From Octopus bimaculoides (taxonomy: Eukaryota): a DNA stretch of 64,000 bases. Below the pieces are notes generated by a model that worked only from the letters and a program-made list of their open reading frames with translations, had not been told where the DNA came from and searched no databases. The stretch is taken from the NCBI RefSeq assembly GCF_001194135.2, contig NC_068984.1, positions 194,415 through 258,414 on the forward strand, written 5' to 3'. The translations under genes and the position numbers were made by a program. This document shows, piece after piece, positions 36,795-48,503 of this stretch. Within the stretch, counting starts at the first letter, position 1, and every line of letters begins with the position of its first letter.

Positions 36795-38205
36795 GTTTGG
36801 TCTTGAAGTGTGATGGTTTTGCTCTAATAGCTGAGTCATTACCAGATCTGGAGATGTTTCAGGTGTGGAAGCAAGGTCTAGAATCAAAGAGCTTCAGAGT
36901 CAGTCTGGCAAAAACCAAAGTCTTAGTAAATAGGAAGGCTGACAAACCACAAATCCCTTCAGGTAGATGGCCCTGCTCGATCTGTAAGAATGGTATAGGT
37001 AGAAAGTTCATAAGCTGTACCCGGTGTAAGTTATGGACACATAAGAGGTGCAGCAATATCAAAGGAAGGTTAATTGGGAAGATAGTTTTTGTGTGTGGCA
37101 GATGCACAGGGGCAATAAACACTGAAAATGTGTTGAGAACAGCTTCCATCACATGCCAAGGGTGAAAAACTAGAAGTAGTTGATTGCCTTTGTGATCTAA
37201 GTGGCAAAGTCAACAGTGGGGATGGATGCTCTGAGAGCGTAGCTGCTAGAATAAGAATAGCCTGGGCAAAGTTCAGACAGCTCCTACCTCTGATGGTGAC
37301 AAAGGGCTTCTCGTTCAGAGTGAAAGGTAAACTGTATGGTGCATGTGTTCGAACAGCCATGCTACATGGCAGTGATACATGGGCTGTGACTGCTGTGGAC
37401 ATAAGTAGGCTTGCAAGAAATGAAGCTAGTATGCTCCGCTGGATGTGTAATGTCAGTGTGCATACACGACAGAGTGTAAGTGCCCTGAGAGAAAAGTTGG
37501 ATGTCAGAAATGTCAGGTGTGGTGTGCAAGAGACACGGCTGTGCTGGTATAGTCATGTGTTGCATATGGATGAGGGTAGCTATGTAAAGAAGTGCTGATC
37601 TCTAACTGTGGAAGGAACCCGTGGAAGAGGTAGACCAAGGAAGACCTGGGATGAGGTGGCGAAGCACGACCTTTGAACGTTGGGCCTCAAGGAGGCAATG
37701 ACAAGCGACCGAGACCTTTGGAGATATGCCATTCTTGAGATGACCCGGCAAGCTAGATCGTAGCTATAGCCTATTCCAGTGTTACGTAACCGGCCCATTT
37801 AAGAGTTCCCTTCAATTGTCAGGCAATATGCTGTGCTTGAGAAGACCTATTGAGTCAAGTAAAATTGCTGTCATGGCCAATGCCAGTACTGCCTGACTGG
37901 CCCCTGTGCTGGTGGCACATAAAAAGCACCATTTGAGCATGGTCGATGCCAGTGCCGCCTGACTGGCCCCTGTGCTGGTGGCGCATAAAAAGCACCATTT
38001 GAGCGTGGTCGATGCCAGTGCCGCCTGACTGGACCCTGTGCTGGTGGCACATAAAAAGCACCCACTACACTCTCGGAGTGGTTGGAGTTAGGAAGGGCAT
38101 CCAGCTGTAGAAACCTTGCCAGATCAGATTGGCTTGCCAGTCCTCAGTCAAACCGTCCAACCCATGCCAGCGTGGAAAGCAGATGTTAAAGGACAGTGAT
38201 GATGA
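36795..38205 (+). mobile_element. RTE LINE 3' fragment with PHD-like module, three ~63 nt tandem units and (GAT)n tail
   Basis: WKQGLESKSFRVSLAKTKVL, CSIC..CTRC..H..C..CGRC, MLHGSDTW; 3'UTR units at 37870-38060. Confidence 0.92.
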
Positions 38206-38933
38206 TGAACAAGAACACTAGTTGTCATTGTACAGATTTTATGTTGGGTATGCAACATCTTGAGGAGAGTTTCTCAGTAGTTGTGAGGTTTAGCAGTTGT
38301 AGTGATTTTAGTGGGTTTAGTTGTGTGTTTAAGACTGGAGTGGCATATCAGATGGAACACTGTCCTTGATGTGTGTGTGTGTGTGTGTGGTGATTGTGTG
38401 TCTGTGCTGTTTGTGCAGGAGAGATAGCACCTCAGCCTGGTGAGATTGTGTTGGGTGATGTTCAGTTTGAATGTCTTGGTCAGTGTTTTTAGGCAACTCA
38501 GTGCTCCAGAGTTTTGAATTCTTTGGGAAGACGGAGTATTTAGTGGGGTTGGGGTTGGTGAGTAGTGGTAGAAGTTGAAACTGTGAGGGTGGTAGAAGAC
38601 AGGTGGACTGGTAGCTTGTTCTTAAGAGCAGAAATCATTGTAATAGTAGTAAAAGAAAGAGGGAGGGAGGGAGGACCTGTGTCTGTGAATCAGTGATTGC
38701 AGCATGTTATCGCTATTGAATGGCCATCATTTTTAGTATTAATCTATGAAAATGATGCCTGTTTTTTGAAAGATAGCTGTTTTTATTAGTTACTGATGGC
38801 TATTCCATTGGACCGTGCTGTCATATAATTTATTAAAAGCACCTAACTTTGAACTCTCTCATTAAAAAAATATGCTTACTTTGTGTTTGTGTATGTTTGA
38901 TATTTTGATTATATAATCACTACTGTTGGGCAT

Positions 38934-38970
<37 letters not shown>

Positions 38971-39423
38971 CCTGACCTTAGTTTTGTAAATATACTAAAA
39001 CATAGTTTTAACAGCTCTGTAGTGCTCTGAGAGTGAGTGTCACTGTTAAAGACTTGTTTAGAAATATGTCAGGAATTCCACCTGGCTTATGATTGATTCT
39101 ACAGGTCATGCCACAATTCATTGAGGGAATCTAGTCCGAATTTAGTTTGGTCTTCAATCTAGTTAATGGTCAAAAGCTATTTGCTTTAATTGTCCATTTC
39201 TTATCATCTGTGACTTCTTATTAGCTATTAGCTTTTGATTCAGTAGCTTATGAAATGATTGTATAATTAAAGCCAAGTAATTAATAGCAATTTCATTATA
39301 TTATCTGTTTCAGGTTCTGTTAAGTCTATTTTTGAAATGTGTCTCTTTGTAATTAAGAAAGGTCACTCACTCGGAAATTGTATCGGAACAAGGAAATTGT
39401 ATCAGAACAAGAAAATAGATCTG

Positions 39424-39507
39424 AGCTGGTAGACAATTAGGTTGTCACTAATTAAGCTGGTAGACAATTAGGTTGTCACTAATTAAGCTGGTAGACAATT
39501 AGGTTGT
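39424..39507. repeat. 31-bp tandem repeat, about 2.7 copies
   Basis: AGCTGGTAGACAATTAGGTTGTCACTAATTA at 39424, 39455 and 39486 (last partial). Confidence 0.95.
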
Positions 39508-39649
39508 CTAATCAGATTGATTCCTCTGTATATTAGTTTTGTATGAAACAAAACAAAAGAAGAAATTCTGATTTCCATGTTTCTTTTCTGGTCTTTAAAA
39601 AAAAATATCTCTCCACAATATTAGTTTTACAATATTATTATAATATTGA

Positions 39650-39860
39650 AGGGATGTGGCCTGGTGGTTAGGTGTGTTGCATTCACAATTCTGAGATCAT
39701 GGTTTCGATTCCCTCACCAGCTACACGGGTTCTTGAGCAAAACATTTTATTTCATGTTGGCTTGCTTGCCTTGCCAGCAAGTTTGCATCATTTGAAAGCT
39801 AAAATAATACAAAGCACATTGTGACCAGTGATGTGTAACATCTGATAGTCTGGTTAATCC
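39650..39860 (+). mobile_element. Degenerate tRNA-derived SINE (third family)
   Basis: tgtggcctggtggttagg (A-box-like) and ggtttcgattccc (B-box-like). Confidence 0.45.
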
Positions 39861-41769
39861 CTTGATTATAATATTAGTTTTGCAATGTTGGTTTTACATT
39901 ATTATTATTTTCATTATGCTCATCATTGTTGTCGGATGATTTGACAGGAATCAACAAGCCAGAGGACTGCACTGAGCTCCAACTGTCTGCTTTGGCATGG
40001 TTTCTATGGCTTGATGTCTTCCCTTATACTAACCACTTTACAGAGGGTACTGGGTGCTTTTTACAGAATACTGAAACTAGTAAGGTTACCAAAGTAACTT
40101 GCAAGACAAAATCTCTCAACCTAGTTGGGATGCGATACTGAGGGACATGGTATTTTTTGTCAGGTGTTGAAAGGTTAGGGTACAATTGAGAGACAAAGGC
40201 AGGTGTCTTACTGAAGGGGAGATACATGGCTACCCCAGTTGGAAGGTTTCATTGATATTTTCTATATTTGTTTGGGTTGTTTTCTACAGTTTTTAAAACT
40301 GAACTAGTTAATAGAAGAGGTCACTGACGTGCCCTTTATATGCTCTTTCCCTCTAACTGTAGCTCACATTTATTCACTTGTGAGGAAAGCAGGTACAGTT
40401 CTTATTTCAAAGTTGTTTGGTCACTCTTAGCAGATTCATTAAACACAGAATGACTTCTATTTTTAATGAATATATCTTTTACTTGTTTCAGTCATTGGAC
40501 TGCGATCATGCTGGGGCACTACCTTGAAGGATTTTAGCCCAACAAATTGTCCCCAATACTTATGTGCTTTTTTTAAGTCTGGCACTTATTCTAAGTCTCT
40601 CTCTTGCTGAACTCCTAAATCATTGGGATGTAAACAAACTAACACCAGTTGTCAAGTGGTGTGTGGAGTGTGTGACACACATGCAGAATCAGACTTCCAT
40701 ACAGTTTCTGACTACCAACTTCACTTACCAACGCATTGACCAACCTGGAGATATATTAAACACTTACCCTAGATGCTTCACTGTGGGACTGAACCTGAGA
40801 CCATGTAGTTAAAAAGCAAATTTCTTAACTACACAACCATGCCTAATTTCTCTTTCTGTTTTTTTTTTTTGTTCTCTTTGGCTCATTCAAATTATTATCA
40901 GTCAGACGTATTCGTGAAGGCAAAGATAGTCATTGTTGAGTTGTGTTATTGTCAGGCGAAATTTCTTTGAACTAAATATTATTTCTTATTGTGGAACTGA
41001 TAAAAGATGTCAAAACTTGAGTGAAAATATATGAAAATAAGGAAAAAGTGTAATAAATCATTTGAAAATTTCAGAGATAGGTCTATTTTTGAGTAATATT
41101 GTAAACAAAAGCCTAGATAGTTTGATTTGTCAACAATCTGAACATAAATTTCTTAGCTTATGAAGTGGTTTGTTTGAATGCTGACAGTGTTATGTCTGAA
41201 TAGGCAATGTCTGGTGTGTTCAAGCTTTTAAATGTATACTTGTTTACTCTCTCTCTCTGATATAACAGATACAACTCTTCCTTTCTCTCTTTTATATTAC
41301 TTAACGTTTATCTGTGGTAGCATGGCTGTGATTGTTGTTGTCAATGTTGACATAATAGAAGCCAATGCTGTTTTTTTTGGGGTTTTTTTACCGCTAACTG
41401 GTTTCAGAGATACACAGATTGAGGTTGAGAGAAAAACCTGCTTTGTCCACAACTCAATGGTTTTGAGGCAAGGTTTGAACTGCAATGTGTTAACAACTCA
41501 TTGATGGAGTTGTAGGGGTGCTGTTGGGACGCACAGCATGGGTGGGAAGGAAATTCAGAGATGCGAGTGATTGGAGAAAGTGTTTAATTCTTTTGATATC
41601 AACCCACCTGAGACTGCTTCTGGTCCCATGATATAAACTTCCTGCTTTAAAGTGAACATAAATTAGAATCTTCATCAAAATGTGTTCCCAACACCAGATT
41701 AATAAATGACATTTATTTTATTAAATTCTTCATTATTATTCAAAATTGGGAACAAATGGTTAATGTCAG

Positions 41770-42765
41770 ATCACAAATCCTTCCAGGTACTTATACCTTT
41801 TCTACATATTGAGCAGGGCCAAGTAGAAGTTCCGTAATCTATGGACACATAAGAAGTGCAGCCATATCAGAGGAAGGTTAACAGAGAAAGTAGTCTTTGT
41901 GTGTGGCAGATGTATGGGTACATAGACCTTAGAAATGTACAGAAAATAGACTCCATCAAATGCCAGGCGGAATACTTAGGAGCAGTTGATAGCTTCTGTT
42001 ATCTGGGTGACCAAGTCTGCAATGGAGTTGGATGCTCTGAGAGTGTAGCTGCTAGAATAAGAATAGGCTGGACAAAATTCAGAGAGCTTCTACCTTTGTT
42101 GGTGACTAAGGGCCTCCTCAGAGTGAAAAGCAGATTGTATGATGCCGGTGTGTGAACAGCCATGCTACACGGCAGTAAAATGTGGGCTGTGACGGCAAAG
42201 GCTTGAAAGAAATGAATCTAGCATGCTCTGCTGGATGTGCAATGTCAGTGTGCATGCATGACTGAATGTAAGCATTTTGAGAGAAAAATGAGGCACAAGA
42301 GGCATCAGATGTGGTGAGCAAGATAGGCATCTGGTTTGGTCATGTGATGCGTATGGATGAGGACAGCTGCGTGAAGAAGTGCCAGTCTCTAACTGTGGAG
42401 AGATCCTGTGGAAGACATGGGATGAAGTGGTGAAGCATGATCTTTGAATGTGGGGTCTCACAGAGATGATAAGTGATCGTGACCTTAGGTGACTCGCTGT
42501 GCTTGGGAAGACTTAAATTGTAGTTGTGGCTGGTGCTGGTGCCAGTGACACCGCACCTGTGCCAGTAACACATAACAGCTCCCGTGCTGGTGACAAAAGG
42601 CACCCACTACTCTCTTGGAGTGGTTGGCATTAGGAAGGGCATCCAGCCATAGAAACTATACCAAAATCAAACTGGTGCAGCTCTCAGTCTACCAGCTCCA
42701 ACCAGACTGCTCAACCCATGCCAGCATGGAAAGCAGACATTAAATGATGATGATGATGATGATGA
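41770..42765 (+). mobile_element. Decayed RTE LINE 3' fragment with tail
   Basis: LGAVDSFCYLGDQV, IRIGWTKFRELLPLL; (GAT)n tail. Confidence 0.85.
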
Positions 42766-43780
42766 TTGAGGTGTGATAGATTAGTGGTATTGAGAGCTGG
42801 AGTAGTTGAAGTATGGGGGCATGTACACCTTTTCACCACTCAAGGTCGGAGTACAAATCCTAGCTCAACCTTTTATAGTCATTTTTTAAGACATTCAGAG
42901 GAAACATTGGCTCTGTTCTTTGACACAAAACTAAAGCAATGGGAAATGAAATGTTTTGCTCAAGAACACATGCTGCCCAGTCTGGGAATCAAACCTACAA
43001 CCTGGCGATTATGTGTGCAACACCTTAACCCTAAGGCCACTCACCTTCACTGGAGGAGGAGGAGGAGTAGGAGGAGAGAAGTGACTCAGTAGAGACTGTT
43101 GTTGGTTGATGATTCTGAAACTGTTGATCTTTGTCTGCACTTTCTAAATCAAATCAGTTATCCATGAAGTTGGGGAGGAGGGGGAGAGTACCTCCTCCTA
43201 CTTTTTAAAAGCTGTCAATAGATCCCCCCCCCTCTTCCTTTCAGTAAACAAATTCAAAACTGTTTATATTCTTTCTCCCTTCCATTACACCTCTCTACTC
43301 ATCTCCTAACATTCAAGTTCTTCCTCACCATCCAGGTTCATAGTCTTGTTTATACTGAATGGTAGCCACTCTGAAATGCATGCCTCTGTATCAGCCTGGT
43401 TGGAGGGTGCTTTGAAGTGACTTGGTGTATTCACACCTATTTGTTTATAACGAGAAATTTCCTTTGTGTCAAAATGCGATGACTGACTTTCTTTTATGGG
43501 TTCCACTATACCCCAAGCATATTTGAATTGGTAACAAGTTTGTATGAGTGTTGATGACACAAGAAAAGGTACCTAGTGCACTCTATAAAGTTGTTAGGAA
43601 GGGCATCCAGCTGACACTGGAACATGATACAACCATGCTGAATCCTTTCAAACTGTCCGATTTAAGACAGCATGGAACACACATGTTAAATGATGGTGAT
43701 TCACTAATTGCTGACACAATCTTCTTTCCTCAGATTTTACTGTTTAATGTAAATAGAATTGTGGTGCTCGTTTTGTAATG

Positions 43781-44094
43781 AAATTTTCTACGAATATGTA
43801 TTATGTCATGTAGATTCCGAATATACAAAGAATTGGTGGAGGAAGTGTTTTAGGAGGGGGTAGGGTGGAGAATTTCAGAAAATTCACTGGAGTCCACTTC
43901 AGTTTGTCAAAACTTTCAAGAAAATGGATATTTTTAAATGAAATTCTCTACAAATATACTTTGGACTATGTAGATTCCAAGGACATAGGAATTGGGGGTT
44001 ATTTTTGAGAACTGTTCCCCCATTTGGGGGTGTTTTGGAACAAGTTGTCCATATTTGTTTCTTTTTCTTCGTTTTGTGCATCTGTAGATTTCTA

Positions 44095-44130
<36 letters not shown>

Positions 44131-44770
44131 GTTAAAAAAGTTCAAATGGGGACTTATTCCATTCAATACCATATTTATTATAGAGATTATGTAACAAATT
44201 ATACTTTACACTTCTATATTTAACTGTGTGTGTGTATAGTCCTTATTTTTGCTTCGGGTGCCTTCTGATTTTCTATTAGAAACATTTACCTGGGAATTTA
44301 TTTAAAATGAAAAAAAAAAATTTGTATGCCACAGATAAGTCATCTTAATAACCTATTTCTGTGTACCAGACCATTAGCTGCTATTTCTAGCACAACGAGT
44401 TTCCTGGTGAGGGCTTCATTTGCCTTCATTGCCTGTTTGTTGCTTCAGTAGAAATCTACGGATGCACAATACGGAGAAAATGTAACAAATATGGAATACT
44501 TGTTCTGAAACCCTAACTCTAACCCCTGAGTGGGGAACAGTTCTGAAAAATAACCCCCAATTGTTTTCCTCCCAAATTCCTATGCCCTCAGAATGTTCAT
44601 AGTCCGAGGTATATTTGTACAGAATTTTATTAAAAAATATCCATTTTCTTGAAAGTTAAGATGAATTGAAGTGGACTCCGGTGAATTTCCAGAAATTCCC
44701 CACCCCCTCCTTAAACAAATTTTGTATATTTGGGATGTACATGATATAACACATATTTGTAGAAAACTTT
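43781..44770. repeat. Long imperfect inverted repeat (arms 43781-44095 and 44448-44770)
   Basis: Arms of about 315 bp are reverse complements (e.g. aaattcactggagtccacttca / tgaagtggactccggtgaattt). Confidence 0.9.
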
Positions 44771-44859
44771 ATGAAAAAATATCCATTTTTCTGAAAGTTA
44801 TGATCCAAATTGGGTGGACGGGTGGGCAGAAATCTGTAGCTATGTCGACAAATTTGACA

Positions 44860-45528
44860 CTTTCCTTCTCGGCATGATTATACATGTATACAGAAATACA
44901 CAAGTGCAGAAGACAGTAAACAATGAAAATAACTTGGTAACGGAAATTATGTTTCTTAATACGATGGGCAGAAAGTAAATAAGAAATTTCAATGGAAAAT
45001 AAAGTATTGTACAGGCTGAAGCGAAATTTGTATCTCGGTGAACCAAAGAGCCAGTATCGAAAGAACCAGAAAGAAACGGTCAACAACAGAAAAACACAAA
45101 ATTGTTTGGATTGAAGTGAAATTTATGAAGATACTTCTGTCAGTAAATTATGAAATTACTTCCATCAGGAATTGTGAACTTCTTTGTGTCAGTAATTTGT
45201 CATTGTTTGTTTGTAAATAGCAATTGAAAAATGAAAGTGAAAACAAGAGATATAGAGAGAGAGATGGATAGAGAGATATACATAAAGAGATATGTTATGT
45301 CACTGACGCTGGAAAACCGGAAGTAAATATTTTGAAAACTTTCAAAGATATGAATCTAATATAAAAAGCAATATTTTTTTTATTTTTAATAATTTTAAAT
45401 AAAAAAAATCAAATGAACAGCCTATAATTTGTCCAAAGTCAAATTATTCATGCATCACAAGTATGAAAGCAATTGGTGAAGCTTTGAAAAGTGAATATGC
45501 ACACATCTCTATTTTATATATTATTAGA
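44860..45528 (-). mobile_element. Possible non-autonomous Helitron-like relic
   Basis: The - strand start TCTAATAATATATAAAA resembles Helitron 5' ends; no clear 3' hairpin or CTAG found. Confidence 0.3.
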
Positions 45529-47049
45529 TAATGATAATAATAAGGGTCCCCCCCATATCACCATCCAGGATTATAGTAGAGGGCACTTGCCCAAGGTACT
45601 ATGCAGTGGGACTGGGCCTTAGACTGCATTGTTGGGAAGCAAGCTTCTCAACCCTATACCCATACCAACACTTATATATCCATTATATATTTCTAGAATT
45701 TAGATATAGTCTGCTTTCAGTATCAGCTGGTATTTCTCTTTTTTAGCCATTGTCTGAGAAACTGTGATAACCATTTTTAAAGAAATCTTTCTCTTCTCTC
45801 AGTGAATGAGCAATGTATGTTTTAGTGAAGTAACCGTAACAACTTGGTAAATGATTATACTTGAAGAATGGACAAAGTGGTTTTTAATTTTCTATAGTGC
45901 TTTCTAAATCTTTCATCGAAACATTGTTATTTGGTTTCTTTGTTGTTGTTGTTACTTATAATTCTGTTTTGTAATCTTTTATGAAATAGCTGCCACAGTT
46001 GTATTTTGCTCTTACTGAAAATACTGTTTTTGTGTTATTTCAACTTTTGGAATATAAAATGTTTATTAAATATTATTGTCTATAGTAGACTTGACTATCG
46101 TGTTTAAATGAAATAATTGTGGAATACTTAAAAGGAAAAGAAAAAAAAGCATTTATTTTACTTCATCTGATTGTTGCCATGTGGATGATGGGTAAAACTC
46201 AGGATATCAAGGGTAAAAGTGAAAAAAAAAAAGAAAAAAAATGCCAGCATTTACCCTTATCTCTTTCTCTCCAAACAGGGTAGCCATGTGTCTCTTGTAT
46301 AGCAATATACCTGTTTCTCTCCATCTATTGAATTTTACTCCCTCAAAACTGGCATATTGTTTTGCAAGGTACTTGATGACCTTGCTGGTATTGGTGCCAT
46401 GTAAAAAACAATAATTTTTTTCATTTAATTTTGAAAATAATGAAGAATTCATAAAAATAACATTATTATTAAGCTGATATTTGGAATATAACAGAATTTT
46501 GATAAATTTTAATTCCGATTACTTTTAAACAGGGAATTTGTATCTTGGAATCTGGGAGACATCTCAGATAAGTTGATATGAAGAGTTAAAGAATTAATGA
46601 CTGATATTGAAATCAGTCTTGAGAGTAAAGATGCTGCTTTAATCCTTTCAGTGTGAATCTGACTGAGACTGACCCTGGTATCTATGATACAAACTTCCTA
46701 AATCAAAACTGTTCATCATAATTTCATGTTAGTTTATGTTCCAGATATTAGCTTAAAAACAGCAAAATTATTTTACTAAATTCTTTTCACACTTAATTGA
46801 GTTTGGTCTCAATAGGTTTCATTAGAGAATACTACCTTCCTGTTTAATGTCCAATCACAGTTCTTGTTCCAAATATATTTTACCATTTCTTTCCAAGCTA
46901 TATTTCCCTTGAGATGGCAGTATTACTGTCTGTAGTTAAAAGTTTTATTTGATCCAAAGACGTATTAAAAATCATTTCGGTCTCCATAGCAATTACAAAT
47001 ATCTTGAAATTCCAAATGTTTCTTTAATTCTCAATGTTTCACTTTTCAG

Positions 47050-47139
47050 CCTCTTCCAAAATATGGCCGACCACTCTATTGTTTCTTCATGAGTGGATTA
47101 GTTCTGTGTATTACTGGCATCAAACGCAAAGAGAAAATG
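47050..47139 (+). CDS. ECT2: ECT2 coding exon 5 (BRCT1 start; phase 0-0, 90 nt)
   Basis: Acceptor acttttcag and donor ATG|GTGAGT. PLPKYGRPLYCFFMSGLVLCITGIKRKEKM versus human PLPFSCRPLYCTSMMNLVLCFTGFRKKEEL. Confidence 0.95.
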
Positions 47140-47424
47140 GTGAGTTGAACATTGTTTATCTTTTACTCTTTGTTTTAATCATTGGATTGTGGCCATGCTG
47201 GGGCATCTTCTTGAAGGATTTTAGTCAAACAAATTGACGCCAGTGCTTATTTTTTAAAGCCTGATGCTTATTATATTGGTCTCTTATGCAGAACTGCTAA
47301 GTTACAAAGATGTAAACACACAAACTGATATTCAAGCGATGGTGGGGGACAAACACAGACATAAAGACACACACACACACACACACATTATACATACATA
47401 TATATTTAACCCTTCAATCCTTGA

Positions 47425-48110
47425 ACAATAAACTACGCTTGCGAAGACCTGTTGAGGCAAGTGAAATTGTTGTCGTGACTGATGACAGTACTGCCTGATT
47501 GGCACCCATGCCAGTGGAACGTTAAAAGCACCATTCAAGCGTGATCGTTGCCAGGGCTGCTGACTGGCTCCCATGCTGGTGGAACATAAAAAGCACCATT
47601 TGAGCGTGATTGTTGCTAGTGTCACCTGATTGGCTTCCGTGCTGGTGGCACATAAAAAACACCATTTGAGCATGGTTGTTGCCAGTGCTACCGGACTGGC
47701 TCCTGTGCAGGTGACACATAGAAAGCACCATTTAAGCGTGGCCAATGCCAGTACCGCCTGACTGGCCCTCGTGTCAGTGGCACATAAAAGCATCCACTAC
47801 ATTCTCTGAGTGGTTGGTGCCAGATCAGATTGGGGCCTGGTGCAGCCTTCTGGCTCGCCAGCCCCCTGTCAAACCGTCCAACCCATGCCAGCATGGAAAG
47901 CGGACGTTAAACGATGATGATGAGATATATATACATATATATATACACTCTCAGAGTGGTTGGCGTTAGGAAGGGCATCCAGCTGTGGAAACTCTGCCAA
48001 ATCAGATTGGAGCCTGGTGTAGCCATCTGGTTTCACTAGTCCTCAGTCAAATCGTCCAACCCATGCTAGCATGGAAAGCGGACGTTAAACGATGATGATG
48101 ATGATGATGA

Positions 48111-48113
<3 letters not shown>
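47425..48113 (+). mobile_element. Two adjacent RTE-tailed short elements; the first has four full tandem units plus a partial one
   Basis: Units across about 47470-47790; (GAT)n tails near 47920 and 48113. Confidence 0.88.
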
Positions 48114-48180
<67 letters not shown>

Positions 48181-48503
48181 ACATACATACATACATGCAT
48201 GCATGCATGCACACATACATAGACACATGCATATGACAGGTTTTTTTCAGTTTCCTTCTACCAAATCCACTTACAAGGCTTTGATCACCTTGAGGCTATA
48301 GCAGAAGACATTTGCACAATGTGCTGCACAATGGGGCTGAATATGGAACCATGTGGCTGGGAAACAAATTACTTACTACATGGCCACCCCTGTTTTTCCC
48401 TTTTATTACTGTTAATTTTTGCTCTTTAAATTCTGTATCTGATTTTATTGTGGCTTGAAAAGAAAAATGTATGTACCATATATGATGATATCTAAGGCAC
48501 TTT

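Noticed and set aside
47470-47790. CRISPR-like array or twister ribozyme
   Set aside because: Units are contiguous diverged tandem copies with no unique spacers or cas genes in a eukaryotic context, and twister core motifs and pseudoknot pairings are not present.
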